From NCBI GenBank assembly GCA_030141605.1, contig JAQGDQ010000111.1:434001-498000 (forward strand): 64,000 bases of DNA. Reading direction: 5' to 3'. The DNA is from Tubiluchus corallicola (lineage: Eukaryota; Animalia; Priapulida). Position numbers and translations under genes: made by a program. Below the pieces are notes generated by a model. The model was not told where the DNA came from and ran no database searches. It saw nothing but the letters and a program-made list of their open reading frames with translations. Positions 1 through 28,732 of the stretch are shown piece by piece (the first letter of the stretch is position 1; every line of letters starts with the position of its first letter).

Positions 1-257
1 ACACTTATATAATACTTTCCGAAATGAATTTAAACTGATTTTTGCAAAAGCACGGTGAAATCAGTGATCGCTTCATCTTTATTGTTGATTTGCCACATCT
101 CTCAGTGATGCGTTTCGTTTTTGAACAAATTCTAATATCGCATCATCTCAGCCAATCTAATTCTGAATCCAGCAGTACTTACTCATATACACATACTGAC
201 ATACATAGCACTATTACGCATTAAATTAGTAACAAACCATTTCGTCTTTGTTTATAG

Positions 258-17201
<16,944 letters not shown>

Positions 17202-17329
17202 CCATTTAGGTATAAACGTTGTGTGTAAAAAATAATATAGTTAGGATTGTACCCAATACATTATGTAATTAAAAGAATGATTAATTTTTAATTGCATATT
17301 TTACAAATTTCGAATTCTTTGGTAAAAGA

Positions 17330-17900
17330 TGCATACTTATCAAGTAAACTAATTAACAGCGAAAGTATTTATCCATAGATAACCTGTTTTAGGAAAATTT
17401 GTGTAATCTAGGATTTTCACATGTTTGGAAATATGTTCAACAGAAAACGATTATTGCAGTCAGTCAAAAAGAAATTGAAGACAGGTATAATTTTTACTGA
17501 AATTTATAACGACAATGTCCGGGGAGATAGCGCAAATGAATTGTGCACATATAGGCTTTTTAAAACTAGGCATCAGCTAGAAATTGCTTATAATTATCAT
17601 AAGTATCTAAGGAAAAAATAAGTATGTACACCAAGTTTAGAATATGTGCATATATACAGGAAATTGAAGTAAGAAGATATTCACACCAGAATCCCAACAA
17701 AAACTTTAGTGTATGGTGTAAAAAGCGATATTCTTTTCAGATATAACAGCTATATATCCGTCATTTTTCATATGTCTGAAAATATTCAATTTTTGTGTTT
17801 CTGAACAACACAAATGATAATGAGGTTAAAATTTTAATTTTAATTAAGTGTATTTATATGACATATTAACAGTCAGAAATAATGTAGAAATTGCATAATT
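17330..17900 (+). mobile_element. Decayed non-LTR retrotransposon 3' fragment (RTE-X/L2-like)
   Basis: Remnant peptide ELCTYRLFKTRHQLE..Y followed by a broken K.R.......EIE..R motif. Confidence 0.5.
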
Positions 17901-19729
17901 TTGCACTGCATTGTGTAATAAGGTAAATGACACTGAAATGAAAGATATTTTAATTAAAAGATTTTCTGTAGATGCTGTTAGATTAGCTTACATGTTAAAC
18001 GAGCTTAGGTTTTTTTAAATTTTATTATAATAATGAAGCGTTTTTTTTTTCTTGTATGCGATTTAACTCAAAACTGCAACATTTTCTTTTTTATACAATC
18101 GGCATACTACGCTTGCTTTTACGTTACTCAAAAGCAGGAGGCTAATCCATTATCAAGGATATACCTCTAAGGTGAGCCACTGAAACGTCAGGGGCACCTC
18201 AGCCACGTACAAATGTATATACATCCTCCTGCTAACCCCTCTTGTTGGGATGTTTTTGTCACCTTTTTCTAAACTCATTACATTCTTTATTGTTTAGATT
18301 GTCTACCAACATGACTCTACTAACCGATACTCAAAAAGTCCACTTCCTCGTTTACAGTAATACTAACGTATGTTTGTCAATATTTTTCCTAAACATATTA
18401 CGACCTTTCTATCTTATTGTTTTTGTAATGCTAAAGTAACACGATTCACTGTTGCATGAAGACAAATTATATAATAGAAATTATAACCTTTATAAATTTC
18501 TATTTTCAACAAAACATTCCAAAATTTTTTGCATGATTACATTTGAGTCATTAAGAGAATGGAAAAAGGGTTGGGAATTCTTACCAGCATTTTCAACAAA
18601 TTTTGTTTGTATGATGAGCAATCTCACAAAACAGTCAGAGTTATTAGAGAAAATGTAGGTATGTGGGTGCCAGGTCCAAAGCATGCTATATTTTGACCAG
18701 AGCTACATCTATGACATAAACTGCAGGTCAGTCATCGAAAATATAACCCTAGAGAACCAAAACAGAAATATAAAAAGGTTAACCACAATGCTCCCGTTTT
18801 TAGAAATACCTAGTACGTCCACTTCAGTTTTAGGAAAAACAGGAAACTCTGTACTTATTTGCCAAGACGCAATGGCTGATGGATTATCTTAGAATATAGA
18901 ATGAATATGTTACAGGCAAAGTATGAAATAGGGTATGTATACTGTAAAATGTCTAGGCAAATAGAGTTGGCGCAGTAGGTATCATTAATGAGCCAGTGAT
19001 TACTACTGACATTCTTGCTGCATTTACTTGCACAAACAAAGCGAGCATAACTGTTTGATACTCGCAGGGTAGTGTTGACTTTATTCTGATGTCTGATTGC
19101 TCTTACGTCATGCACACTAGTGCTGTAAAATAACGTGATGGGTAGCAACAACTAACCAGAGATGAACCATAAGTTGAAACTCCCTCAGCTTTGATCGTCA
19201 TTTAATTGTAATGCTCTGCTTTTTTTCGTTTGCTTGTTAATTATTATCAATAATTATTATGACACTGTTTGTTATTTTTAAGAGATTTCTGTCCCTATAA
19301 TACACTAGTATATAATTATACAGAATATGTAGTATGTGAAAATGATTTAAAACTAGAGTGACGTAGATTCACTTTCCGTCATTTCGAACGTCTTCAGAGG
19401 CAGCATGACGACCGGGTACTAAATCTTTAGATTTTCTTATGCGGAATTGTTAGTCATTGTATACTATTTGTGAATACAGTATGAACCATGTTTGAAACAA
19501 ACGATAAATCAAATAATATAAAATGTCCTGTTCACTGAGACTTATGAGAAAATAAAATTTATTTTTGTTTTGCTGTTTAGTAGCATCTGCCAAAAGGTGA
19601 AAGTCAAAATACATGCACTTTCTATCCTGCATATATTCTGTAGGATATTTAGAATGTAGAAGCACAATTATAATCTCACACTGATATGAAGAATAAAAAT
19701 TTGCAGTTCTGAATAATTAATAACCATCT

Positions 19730-20490
19730 ATTATGCGTTGAAAATATCTTTAATATCTAATAGTAGGACATAACTTTATGCGTTGAAAATATCTATAATA
19801 ATAAGACATAACTTTATTAAAACTTCTACATTAAAATATTAAAATCATGCCAAACGTTTCGATAAGCTGCTGCTGCCGTCATCAGTGGTAAATTTACAAA
19901 CATACAACCAGTTTACATAGGCAGAGCCTATTATGCACTAATTAAGTACTTAGCAGAAGCCAAATAGGTACTAAAAATAAGCAGACCAGTCAAGAACTTG
20001 ATACAGTAATTTAAGCATTAATTAGGTATTTACAAAAGCCAAGTAGGTAATGATTAAGCTAACCTGAAGAAAAGAAAATTGATACAGTAACATGTATAAA
20101 CTGAAATTATTAAAATTAGCTTTGTAGCCGGAGGTACAAATATGGTCATTAATACTGGATTGAGGAGAATCGTTTCATTTTTCGCCAGTTCTAGACGAAA
20201 TACCCAAATGTTCACAAATTCTTACTTTAAAGTGGCTGGATGTTTTGCCATGGTAAGCAGCATTCCAGTAAGCAGTAAGCAATCCCTTCAACTTTATTTT
20301 CAAACACTTAGCTATTGTTACTGTATCAATTTTCTTTTCTTCAGGTCTGCTTAATCATTACATATTTGGCTTCTGTTAGCTTCTTGACTAATGTACAATA
20401 GGCTCTGTCTATATAAACTGGTTGTATGTTTGTAGCTTGTCAAAACGTCTAGCAAGATTTTAACATTTTAATGTAAAAATAAAGTTGTGT
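19730..20490. mobile_element. Penelope-like element relic: two diverged copies in inverted orientation (~19810-20092 and ~20315-20480)
   Basis: acaaacatacaaccagtttacataggcagagcctatt / aataggctctgtctatataaactggttgtatgtttgt and cctgaagaaaagaaaattgatacagtaaca / tgttactgtatcaattttcttttcttcagg are reverse complements; the left copy carries a hammerhead core. Confidence 0.7.
19850..19888 (-). ncRNA. Minimal type I hammerhead ribozyme motif (degenerate stem II)
   Basis: Minus strand CCA-CUGAUGA-C-GGCAGCAGCAGCUUAUC-GAAACGUU-UGG: CUGAnGA and GAAA cores, palindromic ACGU stem III, GUU triplet, CCA/UGG stem I. Confidence 0.6.
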
Positions 20491-20669
20491 TGTTTTTAAC
20501 TATAAATGTTTTAAGTGCCTGTAATAAAAATTGAATTAGACATAAGTTATTAAAAAGACATAAGAACTAAAAACACATCATGAAAGTATGCAAAGCAATA
20601 TTAATACCCACATTATAAAGTCTAATTCATATTAAAAATAACACATAATAAAAATAGTTAAGCATAATT

Positions 20670-22250
20670 TTAATAGAACACATCATAAAAATGGGCATAA
20701 TTATTTAAAGTTTCCATACAAGAGAAGGCTTTACATTCTTCGTAAATATCTCGTCGGAGACCTTGTTCAGTTTCTATCATTTCCCCAATCAAAAAGCTTC
20801 TAATTGTTGTAGTAAATGCCATGGTAATCTCCTGAAAATATTGTAGTGAAAATACGAATGTTATTCCACATTGCTGTCCACGTTCCACATTCCACAAACA
20901 ACAGAGCTTACATACTGGTTTCATTGTAGTAAAAGAAGCCCTATACCCGCTGGCATGGTTTGAGTTGTTTCATAACATAAGTGGATGGGATGTGCCGAGT
21001 TTGCAGTGGATCGGTATCTGTCATTGTTGCCGATCTCAAATTTTTCTGCTGTGTTCATTACCACGAGTATCTGTCAGATTGGTAAAGTGAAATGAGTTTG
21101 GTAAAACCGCTTTAATTAGAATTTGCTTTGTACAGTCTTACTTGCCCACAAATTTAAAAGGTCACCCCCAAACGAAGTAAACTTAGAAACAGCAGTTGTC
21201 ATGATAAAATTCATTACTAGTGAGACAAGAAGTGCATGTTTCCATAGAACTCCATGGTTTCAACTGTGGAACTTTTGAATAATAGAAACCTATTGTTCTA
21301 TTATTCTGTAATTATTTTAGGCAATAACTATTTAATGAACCTTTGTGGGACCATTGCAGACAGAGATATTCATTTGTGATTAATGTGCCATTCGTCAAAA
21401 ATGTTTCAACTGTCGCTGTGGACAACATTACATCCATGATAAATATATAAATAAATACCCCGATAATTAATTATATATCTCCCTAAACAATTATCACTGG
21501 CACGCTATAATTAACGTTTCAGCTGATTATACCTTTGCGCTGGTGCTGTATTCAATTCAATTCAATTTTATTTTCTCAATAGCAGTTTACATTTCATTGC
21601 AGCTGAGGAGCAGCGAAAGACCTATTGGTCACTTGATCAGCTGCCCCTTATTAAAAATACAAGTTTACTTACAGGCTCAAGACATTTTCAAGTGTTTATA
21701 TACATATATATAACATTGTGGTATTCAAAATAGATTTGGTATTAAATTAAGTACTAAGTAGCAGAAATGTCTATTTAATCTAGTCAAATTTTTAAGGGGC
21801 GGAAAAATAGTAAGCGAGAAATTCTTGAGAATTGAATACGAGGTTACATTGTGAATAATAATAATAGTTATACTATATGCATAAATTCATGGTAAAACAG
21901 ATACAGTATTCAAACACACACAACTTTTTTGGCCATCATTAACTGAATAAAATGTTCAGTTTTTAGTTTTGGGATCGAGGCAGCATGCGAGATTGACGTT
22001 CTATGTAACAGAAGCGCGAATAGATCACATAGAAAAGCACTCGGAAAGTATAAAAAAGACAACTGCTGACTCTTAAAAAATTAATGATGAAATGACTTAG
22101 AGCAAAGGCAAAGTCTTTCGGAAAGTTGAGTTTATTTTGATATTTGGGAAAAATGTTACAAAGTTTCATCAATAAAACTGTGATAAGCATCTTGTGTAAT
22201 TAGTAAAATCAATTAAAAGTCGTGATTACCTTACGAATGGGCGCGGTCAT
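20670..22250 (-). pseudogene. Candidate decayed two-exon gene of unknown product
   Basis: ATG 22250 MTAPIRK, donor AAG|GTAATC at 22229, acceptor gacAG at 21071; exon 2 continues in frame for 49 aa to TGA 20923-20921, which overlaps (ATGA) the start of an 84-aa ORF ending at 20670. No family recognised. Confidence 0.3.
21551..21710 (-). mobile_element. LINE 3'-end fragment with (ATTGA)n tail; second copy in opposite orientation at 43424-43608
   Basis: tttcattgcagctgag...aaagacctattggtcacttg...tgccccttattaaaaatacaa matches the reverse complement of ~43470-43545. Confidence 0.75.
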
Positions 22251-22259
22251 TTTAGATGA

Positions 22260-22285
22260 AAAATGACGTCACCCGGTTTCGGTGC
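22260..22285. promoter_or_regulatory. CRE palindrome TGACGTCA in a CpG-rich patch next to the candidate first exon
   Basis: aaatgacgtcacccggtttcgg at 22261-22282. Confidence 0.35.
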
Positions 22286-23034
22286 AATATAATCACTTAT
22301 CCCGCCAGGTGCTTCAGAATCATTTTTTAACTTATAGAGCCAACTCTATAAACTAAGTAACCCGCCTGACACCTACTAAATGCTGGCAAGTATATATGCG
22401 TATCTAAAAGCCAACAAAAATCTGTAAATTATTTACACAATTAACGTTAATTATTTACACATTTTAAGGTGTAATCCTGCAGATTAAAGCAATGCGACCA
22501 CTTTAAATTTGATCGTTGTTGATCGAATGACTAATTTCTAGATAAACACAGTTAAACACAACATTAGAATAACGGAACTTCTAAGCAAACTAGAAATTTT
22601 TCAACCCGTGCTTTCACACTTCACAGCATTCACGCTGCCCAGCAAACACCACCTTACGTCATTTTTTGAAATATGCCGGCATCAACGTTCGTTTGGCGGA
22701 CTCTTTTACATTTTTAAGCAAAGCATTCTATGCTCATGTTTTGTGTGGTGATTTCAATATTTTTAATTGTACATTAAAAGGCGATAAATGTTGTTCCAGG
22801 GTTGGTTCTGCCTATAATGCTAGTACAATTTTTTCATACCAAGACACAAAAAACAAACATAAGTGCAGTAGGCCTAATGCACTTTATGTAACAAAAAAAT
22901 GAGACCATTGAGCCTACTCACCATTTCCATGAATAGCAAGCTTCTTTTGACTTCGGTCGCTCTATTGTGAACATTATTGGGCTTAGTGATACTCAAAAAT
23001 AAATTATCTCAATGCAGTAATTGGTCCATTATGA

Positions 23035-23645
23035 AAATAGATATAGACATAGACATCTTTATTAGTCAAATATACTACGTACATGAAATTTGTCGTTTAT
23101 GCTTTGGACAGATTAGTCAAACGCAATTAGTTCGCAATTGCAAATTAAGTTCGACTATACATATTTATCTAAATGGTACAGTGGAAATAAAGCTTAAAAA
23201 AGTTTAGAGTTTAGCCATTATTGAAATCTTTGATTAAAGTGGGAACAAATGAAAATTTAAAGCGATTTGTTCTTGAAAAGGGTACATTTAATCTTACTTT
23301 GTGTGGAAGAAGCTTAAATTCTTCTTGCAGAGGATGAAAGTAATCACTCATAATTTTCGTTAACATCTTCAGTAATATATCATTACACAGAACAGTAAGG
23401 CCAGGAATCTGATGTTCATTATTCTTGCCGACGAGCTTTGTACATTTTCTCCTTGGTCTACCCAAATGAATTTTACGGTAGTTAGCAAGCATATGAAAAT
23501 AGACCACATTACAGTAGTCAAGAACAGTGGAGATGGCTGTGTTATAAAACGTAATAATTAGTGAGTTATCAACATCAAGAGTTTTCATTTTGGGAACAAA
23601 GTACATTTTCTTATTAGTCTTTCTGACTGCATTAGAGACATGCGA
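23035..23645 (-). mobile_element. 5'-truncated non-LTR retrotransposon (Rex1-like) RT C-terminus and tail
   Basis: ORF FYNTAISTVLDYCNVVYF...IMSDYFHPL..F.LLP...R..VP..RTNRFKFSFVP; short (ATAGAY)n tail at ~23036-23057. Confidence 0.8.
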
Positions 23646-24443
23646 AGAGAATACAGTAGCGGCTAGTAGCTAAAATTAGTGGGGGTGCTGCTTCAGAAAA
23701 TTTTTAGCCATTATTTTAATACCACGTAAAACATAACAAACATATGTAATTTTAATGTTTTAGTTATATTTGAACATCAGGTGTTGAACGGCCTCTTTCT
23801 CGAGGAGAGACAATTGTGAAAAATTAAGCTGTTGTAGTTCACTTAGAGTCCACGGAACTGATTTCTTGGGGATGCAAGGCGTCCATTATTAAATAATTTA
23901 TGTTTTAAGCACACACGCTAAGTTAACACTTTATCATATCCAAAAATATGACGGTACACGGTAAGCACGTGGCAATTGTTACTGTGATTTTCTACCTAGT
24001 AGCAGACTCTAGCGTATGGTCGTATGGCCGTATGCGCACAACAACCAGACACCACGTTGCTTGGGCTGTGAAGCAAATCGTACTACCCTTACGTGCTCCG
24101 GTTCCGCACAAGTATAAAAAAGAACTAAAGAAAAAAGACTTATTATATTGAATATTATCGATAATAATGAGTGAAAACAGGGGGTGCTGCAGTACCACAG
24201 TACCTATACACCGAGAGAATGTTAATTTCTTATTTATAAAGCATCAAAAATGCCACTAAAGTGTTCGGGTGTTATAACAACGGTTCTCATGGTTACTTAT
24301 ACACATCAATAAGCACCCACAAATGACAAACTAAAAGAGGCTTCTCTCATCAAAACATTTCATTTGAGATACGAAATTATAAATATCGAAATAGAGAATG
24401 AAAATTTTAATGTTTTTATTACGAAAAATGAAAAACAAACTCG

Positions 24444-26539
24444 ATGGACGGTAATCCGGGACCACCGCCAGCATATACGGTAATGACTTAAAATGGATTC
24501 TAACTGCTTTATGAAAGATTTTTTGAGATGATAGGCCTATTAAAATATAATAATTATGCGAGCACGTGTAGTAGAGAATTTGGGTCTATGCGCTGTTGTT
24601 AAGTAATTTATATTTAATTGTTTAAAAAGGAAAGTAGTGCATTTTAAATGTACAAATAAAATATGTGAATAGAGACTTCATACTACATGTCATCACCTCC
24701 AAAATTTTTGTGGAGGCCTAACCAAAAATATTTCATTTTTCCAACTGCTTAAACTTTTACAATGCATTTAAACCTTTAGGGTGACTTTAAAGTGATTTTT
24801 ACTGTAAGTTTAAACTACTGTGAAGTAGTGTTAAGCGAAAGATTAAAAATGATATTGACTATTACATAACCCGTGTAATTCCGCCTCAAGATTTGCAACC
24901 ACAGCGACAAAATGAACATTATGTTTGAAATCGTAACAAATCTAGAGAAAATTAGATTAGGCGAGGGGTACTGTACATAGAACACGCGCATATCTGTAAT
25001 AGCATGATAATAATGAAAAAATAAAAATATATTGGAAACATTGGGTTAAATTGGTAAGTGTCACAGCTTCCAGGTCAAACGTCTGGCGTAACCCCAGCAA
25101 CTGGATCTTCATCACAGTCATCACGACGTGTCAGTCCAACTTCAACAACTGTATCAGAGGTGATTTTCATCCAACGTCAAACCGTCCCAAATAAGATGAC
25201 GACCGCTATGGCGACTTGTCTGTTCTGCATTCCAATAGGCATTGTCGCTATTTACTGCTCACTAAAGGTACACTTTAATTAAACAGAAGCAGTTAGGTAA
25301 TTTATAATGTATTACGTATGTATGAATAATGTAATGTATACAGCTTAGATGTATTTTGACAAACAGTGTATGATGTATAATATATGTATTATGCATATGC
25401 AAATAATGTAATATACTTAACCTCACTAGGTTTCTTGCATTATAATACTCATAATTATTACATAATTTATTACAAAACATATACTTAACCTCCCTTGACT
25501 AGCCTGCACCTCTAATCGCATTCTTCTTTATACACACCCTGTTTTTATACCCTACCTTGTCTTGCCTAGCCTTCTCTCACTATCAATATTGTACTTACAA
25601 GATTTTCTTGTAGCTCTGATTCTTGTCTTTCTAAAGAGCTGTGTATCTCCTTTCCAGAGTCCAACCAGGCACCACTAGAACGCTTTTTCTACAGACTTTT
25701 TGGTCAATATTTGGAAAAAAATCAGGAGTTGGATCCGCTGTGACTCTTCCGCGAATTCTAAATACCCCTATAATACCCACCGTTGAACGGGCAATCTAAC
25801 TATTACCAGCATCATTCCCGATCTATAGAAATAAGAGGTATAAGTTTTACAAAAACCGGTAGAAAAGGGCCATTTCGCCCCCTGTTCCTTCCGATGCGCC
25901 CGATTCGAAAAATAAACCCCCAGATGAAAATCTGTGAGTGGAGGCCTTTCGTTTGACGTATAGATCGCCGAAAATAGCGCCGTCGTCGGAGCTGTAGCCT
26001 CGTCGGTTATATATACACCCATTTATATGCCATCGAAATTAATATATTAGATCTTGCTGCTTGTTATTGTGATTGTGACAAACCAGGCAGGATTATATAT
26101 TTCTGCAACATAGAATTAGACTAAATAGTTGACCAATCTATAATTTTGGACAATCCAGTGACAGTATCTATCCACCTTTGACCCTCACACAAATATCTAT
26201 TACACCCTTCCAACTACTGCCAAGCACCTGGGAAAATACAATAATTATAGGACTGTACTGCTTCAATTCCTCTTGTTAGTTACTAAACAAAACATAGCTA
26301 AGATTATATTGACTTATACGAACCTAAACAAACCTAATCTTGTCTGGCACTCGATCTGTTAATATTTTTATTTTTAAAAGGTGGATGCGTACAATGCAAA
26401 GGGGAACGCGAGAAAAGCACTGAGAGCTTCTCACTTGGTCACACAACTGTCAGTAGCGTCAGTGGTGATGGGTATATTTTCTCCTATTATTTTTCTCATA
26501 ATTTGGTGGGATTCGATAAAAATCGCTAAGAAAACGTAA
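24444..26539 (+). CDS. CD225/dispanin family membrane protein (IFITM/PRRT1-like), 131 aa, three exons
   Basis: Exons 24444-24479 (MDGNPGPPPAYT), 25067-25267 (..VPNKMTTAMATCLFCIPIGIVAIYCSLK) and 26381-26539 (VDAYNAKGNARKALRASHLVTQLSVASVVMGIFSPIIFLIIWW..*); all phase 0; AATAAA at ~26738. The exon 2 acceptor is weak. Confidence 0.85.
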
Positions 26540-26984
26540 CCAAATTAAATTATGGTTAATAAGAATTAAATATGTGTATTGCGTCGCACGAGGATTACAA
26601 ATTTAAATAATGTAACACTTCACACATTGTTTTGCCTTGTTTCACTTATAACCTAGAAACAAGTTACCGCTTACATTTAAATTAACACTTTTATCACTTA
26701 GATTTATCACCGATTTACATTCAAATCATTCAGAATCAATAAAATTTTGTAACAATTATGTACCTTATATTGAAATATTCCAGTGCTCCATCTTAAAATT
26801 TTCGGTATGACTTAATTGTTACATAATTTATTAGGTTACTGTAACTGTTGTAGTTTCTCTGTTCAGGGATGCAAATAGAGCAAACTTAAACACAAACTTA
26901 GAACAATGTTATTTGAAGCAGTACAATGACAAATAATTTTTTGCTCTAGAGCCTCGTATATGACAATAAAGGTGTATAATGTAT

Positions 26985-27305
26985 GTCCTGAGTTAAGCAG
27001 CCGAGTGATCTAGATCATCGGACTCCAACTACGCAATCTTGAGATCGAATTTCGCGGTTGCCAATACTAGGGACAAACACATTATTTATCTGTTGCGTCT
27101 TTGCCTGTATTTAGTGTTGTAAAAGTAAGTCGCTGGCAGTGCTGATATTGTCTGTTAAAGGAGCGACGGTAAATAAATATTGCCATTGGGTCATTTGACC
27201 TCCTCCGCCCTCTAGCAGTTGGCTGCTTGTGCAGCTCTCAGCCTAGTGCCGAGATACAGTGTGGGAATCCCGCAAGCCTACAGCACCTAGCTAATGTAAT
27301 AAAGT
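26985..27305 (+). mobile_element. Degenerate tRNA-derived SINE-like element
   Basis: Box A-like cagccgagtga and box B-like gagatcgaatt at tRNA-like spacing, followed by a GC-richer body. Confidence 0.4.
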
Positions 27306-28657
27306 GCTTGTTACTTGAGGTAACATCACTTATCACGTCAAGCTCGAGCGCATGCGCACTTATACTCATCCCGTGTGCCATAGATTAACGTAAACTTTAA
27401 ATAAAACAACTTAAATTACATCAAATTCAGAAAATAAACTACCGATTGGCAAACTTTAATGTTTCCCGACGAAAATTTATTAAATTTTACACTTCAAACT
27501 GCATAAATTAAAAATACATCTTCAATAATCATTAATTCTAAACAATAAACAGGCCAACGTAGTTAGAATAACCTAAATGGTTTAAGTATATTTTATACTA
27601 TTATAAATACAATAGTTAAGTAAACAACAGTTGACACAATTTTCATTTTCTCACGCGACAAATCACAGGATTGTCCAGAAGGAAAAATGTTTCCTCAAAT
27701 TAATTCGTAATCCCTCAGATCTTCCAAACCCGGATAGCACTTGTAAGAGACCCACGCCATAAAATGGGTCTTTTTTTACACTTTGTAAAAAACATTATAG
27801 ATTTCTATCTAATAGCCGCCAGGCGCTGCTAGAACGTTTTTCTTCAGGGCGTTCTGTCAACAAGCAAAAAGCGACCATTTTGGGCGCACCGCATAAAAAA
27901 ACGTCCTTAGCGGCACCTGGTGTGTCTTGCAGGGAAATTTATAGCTTTGGCAAGAAAAAAAACCGAGTTACACGATGATGTGGGTCTCTTGCATTTCACA
28001 AATGCCTTTACATCTACCAGAAGCTACGGGATAGTTTGGGAGAACGTTTTATATTTTAAAGAAAAATATTATAATGTGGGCCTAATTAAAGTAATTATTT
28101 TGAGATTTTCTTAAATGGAGAGAGAAAGAGAGCTAAGCAAGTTCTTGATTTTGATAACCATGTTATATAAGAAACAACACTAAAACACAATTAGATATTT
28201 AATTACATATTTCTACAATAGTGAATTATATTTCTACAAGTGTTTATATTTCGACATAGTCAGCTCAGATACATTCAAAATGCCTTTAAATTGTTTTCAC
28301 TCACTTTGAAGAAACATACTAGTTAGGACTAATTAGAAACACACTAAAGGTGTAGGAAAAATTGTTTACTTTACTCGCCAAATTTCAAGTATAAAAATTT
28401 TAACAGGGTAAAAAGTTTTACAACACAGTTTTACACCTTATAATGTCCAATGTGCAAATCCAAAAAACATTCTTTTTAGTTAAACAGTTTCCTTGAATAA
28501 TTTAAGAAAAAAATTGAATCCTATACCTAAGTTTCACTATAACTGCCCGATTTTCATAATCAGGTGAAAGCAGGATTTGTAAAACCAGTTTGACATCACG
28601 AAGCTAAAACAAAGGGTCGACAAGTAATCTTTTTGCAGTCAGTCGATTTAATAATAT

Positions 28658-28732
28658 AATTATAAATTTGCTGATGATATAATATATAATTTATATACAT
28701 GATATATATATATTATCAGCAAATTTATAATT
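28658..28732. repeat. 75-nt hairpin with 24-bp arms
   Basis: aattataaatttgctgatgatata / tatattatcagcaaatttataatt, one mismatch. Confidence 0.85.
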
